This document shows positions 40,570 to 53,149 of a stretch of 64,000 nucleotides of DNA, in pieces. The stretch is from Lama glama (Eukaryota): the NCBI GenBank assembly GCA_028534125.1, contig CM052816.1, positions 81,284,001 to 81,348,000 on the forward strand. The letters run 5' to 3'. The position numbers and the translations under genes were made by a program. The notes beneath the pieces were generated by a model that was given only the letters and a program-made list of their open reading frames with translations, ran no database searches and was not told the origin of the DNA. Position 1 is the first letter of the stretch; each line of letters opens with the position of its first letter.

Positions 40570-41460
40570 ATGATTCCCCTGGTGACGGATATTTAGGTTG
40601 TTTCTAATCTTTCCATAATGAACACCCTCAGGGAAGATCTTGTGTATGTTTCACACAGCACATGTGTGAGTTTTCCTCTAGGCTAGCTACCTGGAAGTGA
40701 ATATCTAGTTCAAAGTATAAACATGTAAAATTTTAATAAACACTGTCAATTTGCTTTCTAACAAGGCTGTACATGATTTGCTCTTGAGCTGAAATGTGTG
40801 CAAATACCTGTTTCCCCATTATAGGTTATAATTGATCTTTTAAATGTTTGCCAGTATGGTAGGTAACAAGGATATCTCTGTTTTGTTTTGCTATATATGA
40901 TTCTAATTCCTTTTTTTGTTTGTTTTTGGTGGTGGGGGTAGGTTTATTTATTTATTATTTAATGGAGGTACTGGGGATTGAGCCCAAAGCCTCATGAATG
41001 CTAAGCATACACCCTACCACTGAGCTATACCCTCCCCCTGCTGTATATGATTCTATCACTGGAAAGAATGAACATCTTTTTATATGTTTGCCAGCCATTT
41101 GTACTTCGTCTCTACAGAATTGCCAATTCATTTCTTTTGCTCATATTTCTATTAGGTTATCTTTTCCTTATTAATTTGTAGGCATTCTTTATGCATTTTG
41201 GATACTAATGTTTTGCCTTTTGTATTTGTGGCAACTGTTCTTTCCAGTCTTTTGCTTCCCTTTTAAGTTGAGTGTGTATGTATGGTAGTACAGAAAATTT
41301 TATTTTTATGAGGTTGTCAGAATTTATTTTTTTACTTTATTGTGTCTGCATTTTGCTTCTTGGCTAAGAAGGTCTGCATTATTTTAAGATTCTTCCACAT
41401 TTTATTCAAACCCTTTGTTGTTTCATTTTTGAAAAAATGTAAAAATCCATCTGGAACTTA
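40570..41460 (-). mobile_element. Ancient L1 (L1ME-like)
   Basis: ggatatttaggttgtttctaat, gaacatctttttatatgtttgccagccattt, attttggatactaat. Confidence 0.65.
40906..41038 (-). mobile_element. vic-1-like SINE
   Basis: TSD tgctatatatgattcta 40889-40905 / tgctgtatatgattcta 41039-41055. Confidence 0.9.
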
Positions 41461-41469
41461 CAAAGGAGT

Positions 41470-41819
41470 TGTCGACTTAAAGAAAAATGCACAACATGAG
41501 AGTTGGGAGTTTAAGTTTTATTCAGGGGCTTACTGAGGACTATAGCCTGGGAGACAGCTCTGAGGAACTGCTTTGAAGAGGTAGGGGAGGAGTCAGTATA
41601 TATATATAAACTTCGTGGGTGATATCTCAAGTTAATGACTTTAAGTGCTTTCCTACATGTATGAAGATGTAAGAATCTGGGGTCATTGAACTATTTAGGG
41701 GCTCATTTAGCTGAACTCCTCTCAGGGTGCACTGCCAGTGGGCCACTCTAGTGGATTACAACTTACCCCTTATGTAACTAGTTGATTAGTGATGTTCTTT
41801 TTTTCCTTTTTTCTTCACA
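41470..41819 (-). mobile_element. ERV1-class solo LTR
   Basis: TG...CA termini, perfect 4-bp TSD gagt (41466-41469, 41820-41823), reversed AATAAA near 41517. Confidence 0.8.
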
Positions 41820-41880
41820 GAGTTGTTTCATTATTTTTTTCCCAAATGAATGGACAATTTTCTATTTGTTCCCTACTAAT

Positions 41881-41998
41881 TTTTTTTGGTTGGAGGAGGT
41901 AATTAGGTTTCCTTATTTATAATTTTTTTAGAGGAGGTGCTGGGGATTGAACCCAGGACCTTGGGCATGAGCTCTACCACTTGACCTATACCCTCCCC
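41881..41998 (-). mobile_element. vic-1-like SINE with internal deletion
   Basis: TSD tgttccctact(a/g)attt at 41867 and 41999; lacks the ctaagc anticodon segment. Confidence 0.88.
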
Positions 41999-42939
41999 TG
42001 TTCCCTACTGATTTAAAATGTCTTTATCAACACTGTCTTCCCTTTCTTACATTGATCTTAACATGTTTCTAATAAAGCTGAATAACTGAATTCCTGTCTA
42101 CCATTGATTGGAAGTAAGAAAATAAATCGAGGGCTTTTTAAAAAAAAAAAGAAACAAATCAAATGATACAAAAGGAAGTGAAAGCTGAATACGAAGAAGA
42201 ATACAGATAAACAGAGGAGAAGAAAGTATGCTGTCTCGCACAATAATGGACATAACAATAGATATTCTGAATCTTTTTCTTAAAACTCTTTCTTAGAGTT
42301 GAATTATGGTAGGCTCGCTTGATTTTTAAGACAGGTAATAAATTATATATTTTAGAACAACTTCTATTTTTAAAAGATGGTAAAAGTAAACACTGTTTTG
42401 GCACCTTCCCATTACATGCAAATATCAGTCATGCAGAACATTGATTCCCACCCAATGTCAAGTACATTGAGTGTTGCTATAATTCTTTGGTATAAAAAGA
42501 AGTCACTGCAGAACCAGGCTCGTAAATGCAGAGCAAGGAAGATCTTACCTTTAATTTTAAATGAACCTGAAGAAGACCCTGGTGCTTCTTTTCCCACGCC
42601 AGACCTGGTTGCTGCATTGGGCTGCATGGGTGTGCAGCCCTTTATCTCACAAGTTGCAAGCTCTGTGTACTCAAGTTTTCAGCCTTGTTGCTTTCTGCCA
42701 GAGATAGAAGTTCGTGGTTCTGTAATTTGAGCTTCTGCAGGCTTATTGTAAGCCTGGGGATAAAAATCAAGGAGGCTGAAATTTTAGCCCAGAGGGTGAA
42801 AATCGAGGAATAGGCATCAAAGTAATAGTAACAAAGGAACAATCTTAGGCTTCGTATCCTTACCATTGAGATATCAGTCTTCTGGCTCAAGACGTCTCCA
42901 TGGTAACACACTCGTGCCTCCAAACAGTCTTGATGGGCC

Positions 42940-43452
42940 CTGTGGGAGACTGGGCTACTCCTCCTCCACTCCCTCCCTGCAGTAGAATGAAACATCCGCA
43001 GCCTCTGCTTTGTGGCTTTGGAGGGTCTCCCACTGCAGTACATTTTCATGCCCACTGATGTGAGGCTTGACTATGCGATTTGCTTGTCAATGGAATATTA
43101 ATGAATGTCACCTAAACAGAGCTTATAAACGTGCTTGCACGCTTTGGTTTCTTCTTTTTCTTTTTTCCTTCCAGTTGTATTGAGATGTAATTGACACACA
43201 GCACTCTATAATTTTAAGGTGTACGGCATAATGACTTGACTTATGATTCAACTTCTTGAACCTCTGTCATCCTCCACCAGAAGCTGCTGGTCCTGGCAGG
43301 AGAGTTGTGAAGCCACAGCTTAGGCAGAACCACCCCGGCTGAGCTGAAGACCCAGAGTAAGAAACGCAAACGTGGTGCTGATGTTGCTGTAAGCCACTGA
43401 AATGGTGGGGGGAGGGTGGTGTTAAATAGAATCAAAGCAGTGAAACCTGACT
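42940..43452 (+). mobile_element. MaLR LTR (MLT1F-H-like) containing a short antisense L1 3' end (~43155-43243)
   Basis: gaggcttgactatgcgatttgcttgtcaatggaatatta; gttgctgtaagccactgaaat. Confidence 0.55.
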
Positions 43453-44139
43453 GGTCCGGTCCCCTTCTTTGGCACGCCCCTAGTGTTGACTGTGCGGCTC
43501 CCCTGTCATTCCAACAGTGTATCAGACATACATTGTGACTCTGGTGCCTTGGTCTCCACTCTCCCCACTGTGCCTGGTGCCCCAATCATCCCATGTAATG
43601 GCTCCCACATCTCTGGGGTCAAGGGCAAGTTACAGCTCCCCTCAGTTGCTGATGAAGTGAAACCCTTTCTTCCAACCTAGGTTAAACTTCATGAAGCCAT
43701 AAAACAGAACTACTCTGTATTGTTATCAAGAGCTCTTAAGCTTGATGAATTTTTTCATTTTAGCACAGGATTCCTCTCTCCAGGAGTCTGATACAAGACA
43801 ACTGGGCTAAAGATCATTTTGTGACTCTCCCCAGAGATGCATTGGCTCTTGTTGGGGTGAGTTGCTTTCCTTTTAGAACACCACCGACAAGGTTAAGGTA
43901 AAGTCAGTGTTCTCTAATTGGATGTGGATTAGGGTTAGCTGTCAGTCCTGTTGTACCAGGCACCAGGCACCAGGCTCTTGTGAGAAAAGAATTCATGGAA
44001 TTTCCATGTGGAAAATCACATGAGTTCTATGGCTTCTGCCGGCACTCTGGAATGCTAAGTAGCATAAGTAGCTGGCAAACAGTATTTTCAGTTTCCTATT
44101 GTCTAGAGAAGATAGGTGTGTATCAGACTAGTTCCAGAA

Positions 44140-44960
44140 GATTCATACATTCACTCATGCAGCCAATACTTACTCTAATACTGTGCTAGACACTAGAGAT
44201 ACAAAGGTGAAAGAGACAAAGTTCTTGCCCTCGTGAAGCTTACATTCCTGGGAGGAGGAGGGGAAAGAAACAGAAGATAAAGAAACACTACATACATAAT
44301 TTTGAGTAGCAATAAGTGATTTAAAAAAATGACAAAAAAAAGGAGAGTAAATGGTGGAAAGAGGTAGGGCTTTTTACCTAGGGCAGAGTGAAGGCATCTG
44401 TGAGAGCCTAACATTTAAGTAGACCCCTGAATCAAGGGAGGGAATAAGCCATAAGTTCTAAGAAAGAACAATCTAGAATAGGAAGAACAAATATAAAGAT
44501 CCTGTGGCTGGAGCAAATATCCAAAAGCCATCTTGAAGGCCAGTGGCTAGAGAACTATAAGCTAGGAAAAGTGGGAAACGGTGGGCGGGCAGGAACCAGG
44601 TGGCAGGTAGCCTATCTTCCACATAAGGAATTTGAATTTTGTTATAAATGGAAAAGTTGAGCAAGGGAGTGGCTTGAGAAGGGATTCATATCTTGAAAAC
44701 CCAATCTTCACTGATATAAAAGACAAGGTGGAAGCAGCAAGACCAGTTAGAAGGCTACTGCAGCAGCCCAGATGAGAGAGACTCCTGCAGCAAGCCACTC
44801 CCCTGTTTCCTCATATTCTATGAGGACTCTGGAAGACAGTTGGCTATGCGAGTCGGGACAAAGGCCAGGGTGGAGGTATGAAACTGGATGAGTTTGAAGC
44901 TATGAAATAGGATGAATTCTCAAGGGAGAAACTGTAGTATGAGAAGGGATCTGAGGACAG
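44140..44960 (-). mobile_element. L2 fragment
   Basis: attcatacattcactcatgcagcc...cttgccctcgtgaagcttacattc; gcaagaccagttagaaggctactgcag. Confidence 0.7.
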
Positions 44961-45444
44961 AGTCCAATATGTCTGGAATCTCACAATTTGGAAGATGCCT
45001 TGAGAAATGTGGATGGTTCTCCCTTTGGATGTAATGGTGGATCCATGTTCTTGAGGGTGGTAGCCATGTCTTAATCATTTTGGTCACCCCTCCAGATTTT
45101 GTATAAGCTTGGTGTCTGGCCCCTGTCTAAGTAGCAGCAAGTCTCAACTGAGGCTTCAGCTCTGAACCTGAAGGAACACAGCCAAATCAGTCTTGTGTTA
45201 CAGCCAGAAACCAGGAGTGAGTTGACAATTTACTTCGAATTGTGTGTGGTTTCATAAGAGTTCTGTGGCCAGGATGTCAATTATGTTGTGTGGGAGGTGG
45301 AAAATGGAGATGAAAATTTCTTAACATTTGAAATTTTCAACTATCTTTTGAGTGAACCTCTAAGTTCTTAAAATAAATCTTTCACAATTGTTGGGGCAGA
45401 AATAATTGCTTATAATTAAATTGTGCTGACCATATAATAGTTTT

Positions 45445-45856
45445 TTTTAACATTTTTTATTGATGTATAATCATTTTACAATGTTGTGTCAAATTCCAGT
45501 GCAGAGCACAATTTATCAGTTATACATGAACATATATATATATTCATTGTCACATTTTTTTTCTCTGTGAGCTACCGTAAGATCTTGTATATATTTCCCT
45601 GTGCTATACAGTATAATCTTGTTTATCTAGTCTACATTTTGAAATCCCTGTCTATCCCTTCCCACCCACCACCCCCATGCAACCACAAGTTTGTATTCTA
45701 TGTCTATGAGTCTGTTTCTGTTTTGTATTTATGTTTTGTTTGTTTGTTTGTCTTTAGATTCCACATATGAGCAATCTCATATGATATTTTTCTTTCTCTT
45801 TCTGGCTTACTTCACTTAGAATGACATTCTCCAGGAGCATCCATGTTGCTACAAAT
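45445..45856 (-). mobile_element. Young 5'-truncated L1
   Basis: Perfect 14-bp TSD catataatagtttt 45431-45444 / 45857-45870, followed by aa (TTTT/AA endonuclease site). Confidence 0.92.
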
Positions 45857-45876
45857 CATATAATAGTTTTAAAAAT

Positions 45877-46465
45877 CTTTTTATTTATGGAGAATGTCTA
45901 ACTTACACAAAACTAGACCAAAGAGTATAATGAGCCCATGATGGACCCATCACTCATCCCCAAAACTATCAATCTGCCCCATGTACACTCTGATCCTCTT
46001 CCTTTCCCCCTAAACGATTTTGAAGCAAATCTCAGACATGACATTATTTCATCCATAAATATTTGAGTATATTTCTTTAAAAGATACATTGAAAAAACAT
46101 AACCACAATGCAATTATTACAATTAAAAAAAAAATCCCTTAGTAGCGTCAAATGTCCTGTCAGTGTTTACATTTGTCTCATAAATGCTATGAATTTTTCT
46201 CTTTCATTTTGTGGGGTTTTTTAAAAATGGGATCCACATAATGTTCACACATTGCAAATGGTTGCTATGTTTTTAAAATCTCTTTTAATTATGGGTTTTT
46301 CCCTCCACTTCTTTTTACAACACTAGTAATTTATCTGTTGAAGAAACCAGGTTGTTTGTCCTGAATAATTTCCAATATTTATAGATTTATCTTACTGCAT
46401 CATGTGGTTTGTAAAATATCTTCCTCTGCCCTCTGTATGCTCTATAATTGGTAGTTGGAATTAGT
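45877..46465 (-). mobile_element. Ancient L1 3' UTR (L1MC/ME-like)
   Basis: ttttgaagcaaatctcagacatgacattatttcatccataaatattt; tgttgaagaaaccaggttgtttgtcctg. Confidence 0.65.
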
Positions 46466-46500
46466 TGTTTTTTTTTTTTTGTTTTTTTTTTTTTTTAGTA

Positions 46501-46854
46501 CAGGTATCCCTCAGTAACTGCAGGGGATTGATTCCAGACCCCTGTAGATACCAAAATCCTCCAACGCTCAAGTCTTTAATATAAAATGACATAGTATTTA
46601 CTTATAACCATGCACAACCTCCCTTTATACTTTAGATCATCTCTAGATTACTTGTAATAACTAATACAAAGCAAATGCTGTGTAAACAGCTATAAATACA
46701 AAGTAAATGATATGTAAATAGTTGTCTATGTGCAGCAAATTGAAGTTTTGCCTTTTGGAACTTTCTGGAATTTTGTTTTCTTTTTTAAAATATTTTCTAT
46801 CTGCAGTTAATTGAATCTGTGGATTCAGAACCCTCAGATATGGAAGGTCAACTG
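46501..46854. mobile_element. MER2-family (Tigger, TcMar) DNA transposon
   Basis: TA target duplications at 46499-46500 and 46855-46856; degenerate TIRs cagg...; tttagatcatctctagattactt core. Confidence 0.85.
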
Positions 46855-47062
46855 TATAGATAATTTGGAAAGGCACACCAAAAAGGGTAAAATGGAAGAG
46901 CACCAAAAAAAGAAAATACAATTTATTTAATGTTTTACCACTTTTAACCCTCTTTTTGAATAGTAAAAAGTAAAAATGGAAATTCTCCCTTCCTCTCCTG
47001 GAATCCCGATCCTCAAGAGTAACCACAAGTCATATGAGTTCAAATTAAAAAATAAAGAAAGG

Positions 47063-47742
47063 TGTGTAAATTAGTTTTTGTGTCAACTTGACTGGGCCAT
47101 GACGTACGTAAACTTTTGGTCAAAACTTGTTCTGGATATGTCTGCCATGGTGTTTTTGGAAGAGATTAACAATTCAGTGGGAAGGGTATAGCTTAAGTGG
47201 TAGAGCTGCATGCTTAGCATGCAAGAGGTCCTGAGTACAATCCTAGTACCTACTCCAAAAATAAATAAACCTAATTACCTCCTCCCCCCATCAAAAGATA
47301 AAAAGTTAAAAAAAATTCAGTCCGTAGACTGAGTAAAGCAGGCCCCCTCCTAATGTGGGTAGGGCCTCATCCAATCAGTTGAAGGCTTTAAATAGAACAA
47401 AAAGTTTGACCCTCCCTGGAGCAAAAGGAAACTCCTCTTGCTTGATTGCTTGCGGGGATAGCTTTTTCCCAGCCTTTGGACCCAAACTGAAACATTGGCT
47501 CTTCTTGAGTCTTGAGCTTGCCAGTTTTTGGACTGGAACTTAACACAGTCAGCTCTCCTGGTTCCCAGGCCTTCAGACCTGGCCAGGAGCTACTCATTGG
47601 CTCCTCTGGGCCTCTAGCTTGCTGACTGCAGATCTTGGGACTTCTTACCTTCTGTGATTGCATAAGCCAATTCCTCATTGTAAATATATATATTCTGTTC
47701 TTATATTCTGGTTCTGCTCTCTTGAGAGTCCTGACTAATACA
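47063..47742 (+). mobile_element. ERVL LTR (MLT2B-like) hosting a SINE
   Basis: tgtgtcaacttgactgggccat...cctcatccaatcagttgaagg...ctgactaataca. Confidence 0.85.
47179..47313 (+). mobile_element. vic-1-like SINE
   Basis: gggaagggtatagcttaagtggtagag...; TSD aattcagt 47171-47178 / 47314-47321. Confidence 0.9.
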
Positions 47743-48307
47743 GAAGACTAAGGAAGATGATAGAACTTGAGCTAAGCCATGAAGGATTGGTGGCATTTAA
47801 ATGGTTAAAGACAAGGGGAAAAGGCATGTCAGGAAAGCAAAGTGGGAGAATCTGGAACATGAATCTGTTATGTGGAGCTCAGTGGGGAGACTGGGTAGAC
47901 TGCAGCTGAGACATAGGGTTGTTGGGTTATGCAGAATTTTGGAGGCCAGGGTAAGGAATATGTACACAGTCTTACAGGCAAAGGAGAACCATTGTCCCCT
48001 CTCACCAAGATAGGAGGCAGGTGTTGAAGGGGGTTTGACGTGTATGTAAAACAGCTGAAAGCAGCCGGATTTGCTGGGCAAGTTCCACTGTGGAATCCTG
48101 AAGGAACGCAAGATTCTCATTATCATACTGGCTGTCAGAAGTCCCATATGGCACCTTTCAAAACCACATTTGGGAGCCCTCCAAAAGGGAGGTGCAAGTA
48201 CTCCACACAGCCACACCCTGAATCTGACAGTTCCTCCTGCTCTCCATCCCGTTTGACTCTGTGGTTCTCCTCCTTGAAATGCACCTGTATCTGCATCTCC
48301 TTGACTT

Positions 48308-48394
48308 TTTTTGATTTTAAGGGAAGTACTGGGGATTGAACCCAGGAGGTCATGCATGCTAAGCACGCACTCTACCACTGAGCCATATTGCCCC
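48308..48394 (-). mobile_element. vic-1-like SINE (short tail)
   Basis: TSD ctccttgactt 48297-48307 / ctccttgcctt 48395-48405. Confidence 0.88.
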
Positions 48395-48509
48395 CTCCTT
48401 GCCTTCTGATGTATTCTGGTTGCCAGCCCTTGCTCAAAGAGTCTGCTTTGTGTCTATGTTTATCTGCCTGGCTTATGTAAGAGATAATATAAGGTGCAGT
48501 ATGTATCTC

Positions 48510-48710
48510 TGGAGCCATATTGCCAACATTTTAATCTTAGCTCTGCCTCTTTAAATAGCTGTATGACCTGGGGCAAGTGTCCTAAACTTTCTGAGCTTAT
48601 TTCCTCATCTGTAAAATGAGGAGAGTAATTGCAATTTACATGAAAGTTATTAGGAGGATTAAATAAGATGGCACACATAAAGAATAGGCCTGGCACAATA
48701 GTAATAGTTG
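48510..48710 (+). mobile_element. MIR
   Basis: tagctgtatgacctggggcaagt...ttcctcatctgtaaaatgagg. Confidence 0.75.
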
Positions 48711-49695
48711 TTTCTCATTAAAACATAAAGCACAAGGTCTCTGCTTCCACTCCTGTGGCCCCTGTTGAGGTCACCAGTGGCCCTGAATTTCAGCCTCTGG
48801 ACCTCAGAGTTGTGTACTGCATGCTCTCCAAAAGCTCCATCAGGAACACTGGATTTCTACCCTGCTAAGCCCCATGCTGGCTCCTTATCCCTTGCCCCAG
48901 CTAGTTAAGCACCTTTATTGGGAGAAGAGATGCATGAGCCCCTAACTGCTTCTGCTCAGCTGTGGGCCCTGAGGCCCTTTGCCATCCACTGAGCTGGCCC
49001 TGACCAAGAAGGGAGGTGCAGTGGGAAAACCTGAGCCACAGTAGAAGGGATCTGGAATCCTTCCATGGCTGCCATGAGCCTGATATCTGCTCTCAAGTCC
49101 CTAAGCCCCACCCTCCAAGGCTCTGGGCTCTGCCTGCATTTCCCATTTCTGGTCTAGACCAGGAGTCCTCCCTTTGGCAAGCCTGGCTTGTGTCTGACAC
49201 ACTGCCCTGCCCACTCTGACCCAAAGGGGCTCCCTTCTGTTTTCCTCTAAAGGCTTTATTGATTTTCTTTTCACATTTAAATTTGCAGTCCATCCGAAAT
49301 TGATCCTGCCTCTAGTTTGAATGCTCTGCAGAGAACTGAATTGAAGACGGTTGGTTCTTATTCTTTAGGCGGTGGTGTCTGTCCAGATCTTTCCTATAGC
49401 TCCTGCTTCCTTATCCTCCAGTAAGGATGAGTTTGTTCCTGCCTATGCCAAGACTGATTTTCCAGCCTTCCTGTTAAATATATGAGCATTCTAAAATCTC
49501 TTCTTGAGTCCCTTATTAATTGCATCAGCCAGAGTTGGTTTCTATAACTTGCAGTCAAAATTCCCTAATATTTTCACCTCAGAGAAGTGCAGATAGCTCA
49601 GGTCTAGCTATCTGGGGTAAAGGTGGTGGAAATGAAGAGCTTTGGAGTATCAAAGGAGGAGGTACACAGATTACTATTGATTAAATAGTAATCTG

Positions 49696-49842
49696 GTGAG
49701 GGATGGTTTAGCTCAGAGGTAGAGCACATGCTTAGCATGCATGAGGTCCTGGGTTCAATCCCAAGTACCTCCATTAAAATAATTAATTAATTAAAAACCT
49801 AATTACCTCCCTACCCCAAAAAATTTTTTCAAAAAGTAAATG
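49696..49842 (+). mobile_element. vic-1-like SINE
   Basis: tagctcagaggtagagcacatgcttagcatgcatgaggtcctgggttcaatccc; TSD aatagtaatctg 49684-49695 / 49843-49854. Confidence 0.92.
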
Positions 49843-50349
49843 AATAGTAATCTGTCATATTTACTTCCTTAATGCAGGAGACTAGAAATGCACATTTCCA
49901 GGCCTTGCCCAGAAATTGGGCAATATGGCTAGCCATAGAGTTCTTTGTGGTGGAGACAGGCCATAGGCAGACAAAGATTGCATGTGTGGGGCATTCAGGA
50001 AATTGCCAATAGGCTACTGTACATCTCCACAGATTCTGGACTCTTTGGGATAAACCAGGTCTTGTTCCAATGGAAACAATGCTCCACCCACACTCGGTCT
50101 GCCTTTTGATGGCTGAGATGATCAAGGACACCCTCTGTGCACAGAGTCTAGTGACTAGTCATTTCAGTCTCTAAAGGTCTGTGAGGGAGAATGTGTGACA
50201 ATGTGTCAGGGCTGAGTGGCTAGAGATACATGATTTCACTGTTACTGAGAGTACCATAATCACATCTTTGGTATCCCCTGCAATCAACATAATCCCCAGT
50301 CTGCTACCCAAGCTGGGACCACCCAATCATCCCACAGAGAAGGTAAGGC

Positions 50350-51245
50350 AGATATTGTTTATTGCCCACCTGGCAGTTGTTATGGACTGAATGCGTTTAT
50401 TCCCCCCAAAATTCATATGTCAGAGCCTTAATCCTCAAATGTGATGGTATTTGGAGTTGAGGCCTTTGGGAGGTAATTAGGGTTAGGTGAGGTCAGGAGG
50501 GTGGGGCCCTCATGATGGGATTAGTGCCCTTATATGAAGAGACACCAGAGAGCCTACTGTTTTTCAGCTCTTCCACTCTCTCCTAGCACACACCTCAGGA
50601 AAGGCCATGTGAGCACACAGCAAGAGGGTGGCCATGTCCAAATAGAAAGAGAGTCTTCACCAGAAATTGAGCCCTGCTGGACCTTGGTATTGGATTTCCC
50701 AGCCTCCAGTTTTCTGTTGTTTAAGCCACCCAGTCTATGGAATTTTGTTATGGTAGCTCTAGCTGATTAAAACAGTAGCCATTCCCTTTCTTTCCTAACA
50801 GAACCATTATTGTATAATGGGTGGAAAGCTCTGGCAACTGAATCCCAGGGGATGAATAATGATTTGCCTAAGGCAATCACTGTAATACCATTCCCCTTTT
50901 CCACGAATGGGTTTAAGAGTAGGCATATCAATCAGTTATGGCCAATGAGAATCAAAAGGAAGTCAGGATAAAAAGCTATAAAAAATCTCTTTTCCTCTAC
51001 CCATTCCTTTCTCTTGTGCAGTTGGAGCAGCAGCAGCCATCTTGCGCCCAGGAGGTAACACACATGAGAAAGAAAAGCTAATACTCTGACAATGGTGAGG
51101 CCAATATCATACTTAATGATATTACTGAGCCATTTAACTAGCCCTGGGACTTCATGTTGGGTAAGCAACAAATGTTCTTATTGTCCACACTTACCAGTCA
51201 GCTTTCTGTTATTTGAAGCTGACTGCAATAATCTCACTGATACAA
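50350..51245 (+). mobile_element. Old MLT1K/L-like LTR with a nested MLT1A/MST-like LTR (50378-50774)
   Basis: Inner: tgttatggactgaatg...ccccaaaattcatatgt...tagctgattaaaaca. Outer ends ctgttatttgaagctgactgcaataatctcactgataca. Confidence 0.75.
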
Positions 51246-51377
51246 GAGGTCACTGGACTTCTCCCCAGGCAGGCTGAATTCTGAAAGGCCTTTAGATAAT
51301 GGCTGTACCATTTCTCTATATCCAGGGTACAGATTCTGGGCAAAAGGGTGTTCCCCCAGCTTGCGGACAGAATACCA

Positions 51378-51630
51378 TAAAAGTTAAGAGCTCCAGCTTT
51401 GGAATCAGATGCACAGGTTTAAATCCTGCCTTTTAAGCTGATTAACTCTGTGACCCTAGGAATGTTATTTAACCTCTCTGTGTCTCAGTTTCCTTCCCCA
51501 CTGAAACCTAGGAATATTAGTGACTACCTCATAGAGTTGCTGTGAGAATATAATGAGATAATACCTGTGAAATGCTTAGCACAAAGTTCATATATAGCCT
51601 AGGATATAATAATCACTCAAATATTTGCTG
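51378..51630 (+). mobile_element. MIR
   Basis: gctttggaatcagat...aacctctctgtgtctcagtttcc...ctacctcatagagttgctgtgag. Confidence 0.8.
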
Positions 51631-51991
51631 TGCTCCATGACAGAAGATGAAGTATAAGGTCTTCAGTATTTAGTAGACAAGAATATCCAGCATTGATTCA
51701 TGCAACCCTCGATTATACAGGCTGACAAATCAAGGAGGGCCTCTGTTCTGGAACAGCTGAGGGGTCTTATTTACGAAAGGGAGTGAGGCTCTTAAGGCAG
51801 ACATAGGATAAAACTTGAAATTAAAAGCATAATTTCCACCTGTTTGTCTATAGACTTTATTCATATCCCTGATGGACCCTTAACTTCAGGCATCAACTAT
51901 AGAACCCTTGAATCTTCATCAAGCTATGACTCCAAGAAGCCTAATATGGGACAGATTAGCAGTGCAATGAGTAGAGAAGCTTTGAAGACCA

Positions 51992-52694
51992 CAGATGGTT
52001 CTCCACCAAAGTGACACTGCCCCCAGGGGAATATTGGAAGTATATGGTTGTTGCAATGACACCTCTGACATTTAATGGTCAGGGGCCATGGAGGTTAGAC
52101 ATCCTGTAATGCACAGGACAGTCCTATACGAGAGTGGATTGTCTCAATATCAAATTGGACATTCATGTACATGTAAAGTGTGTTTATAATGATCCAAGCC
52201 TAGAGTTTAAGTTGGCTTTGATATATAAAAGCAAAGTATTTTTGCATAGTTTTAACATGCTCTAGATTTGAAAGCAATGTCATTATTGTGGAAATGGAAG
52301 GGTGGTTACACTGCGTTCTGTTTAAAATGTTAGCCCAGATTGTTTACCATTTCAGAAAAATCCCATCACCAGTGCCCTAGTAATTAGCTAGTATATTACC
52401 TGATGCCATCTGCACTTGCAAATGTTGTATTCATAAAGATTTTCACAGTAGGTGCCAGCACCTGTTGTACTCAGGGTCTTCCAGAGAAGTCCTAACCAAA
52501 TACCAATACTCTGAAATATACATTATTTTATTATAAAGTTTTGCCCTCTTCTTTTTTTCTTTATACTTCTACTAAGGCACTATATTGCTTTTTTTAATTA
52601 TAAAATTAAAAACTTTCAGAAGAGCACAGAGGATATTACAGAATATTTGTTATAAAAGGGGGGCTTTTGGGTTTGATAAAATGGAGAATTACTG
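51992..52694. mobile_element. hAT-Charlie element (MER20B-like)
   Basis: Termini cagatggttctc ... gagaattactg; agacatcctgtaatgcacaggacagtcc motif. Confidence 0.6.
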
Positions 52695-52732
52695 CTCTTA
52701 TGGGGACTATTTTTTCAAAGTAGATTTTAAAG

Positions 52733-53140
52733 TCAGATAGAGTAAGAAAAGACAAATATTATATGATATCACTTACAAGCGGAATCTAAAAACAAAAAGA
52801 TACAAATGAACTTATTTATAAGACAGAAATAGGCTCATAGATATAGAAAACAAACTATTGTTACCGGGGGTGGGAGGAAGTGGTGGGGAGGGTTAGATAA
52901 GGAGTTTGGGATTAACATATACACTCTATTATATATAAAGTAGATAAACAAGGACCTACTGTATAGCACAGAGATCTATAGTCAATGTCTTGTGATAACC
53001 TATAATGGAAAATAATCTAAAAAAGAATATTTATATATGTTTATGTATGATGAAATCACTTTGCTGTACACCTGAAACTAATATAATATTGTAAATCAAC
53101 TATACTTCAATAGAAGTACATAAATTAATTAAAAGAAAAC
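52733..53140 (+). mobile_element. Lineage-specific L1 3' end
   Basis: gacaaatattatatgatatcactt...caaggacctactgtatagcacag...cactttgctgtacacctgaaactaa. Confidence 0.88.
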
Positions 53141-53149
53141 TAATAAGGT

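Noticed and set aside
43474..43487. CTCF-like acgcccctagtgtt
   Set aside because: One C short in the core and mismatched at key positions
47797..48378. 193-aa minus-strand ORF
   Set aside because: Begins inside a SINE at a non-ATG codon; no recognisable homology or splice structure
49696..49842. tRNA-Ala gene-like sequences (this and seven other copies)
   Set aside because: A-rich tails, TSDs and a non-pairing acceptor stem identify them as SINEs
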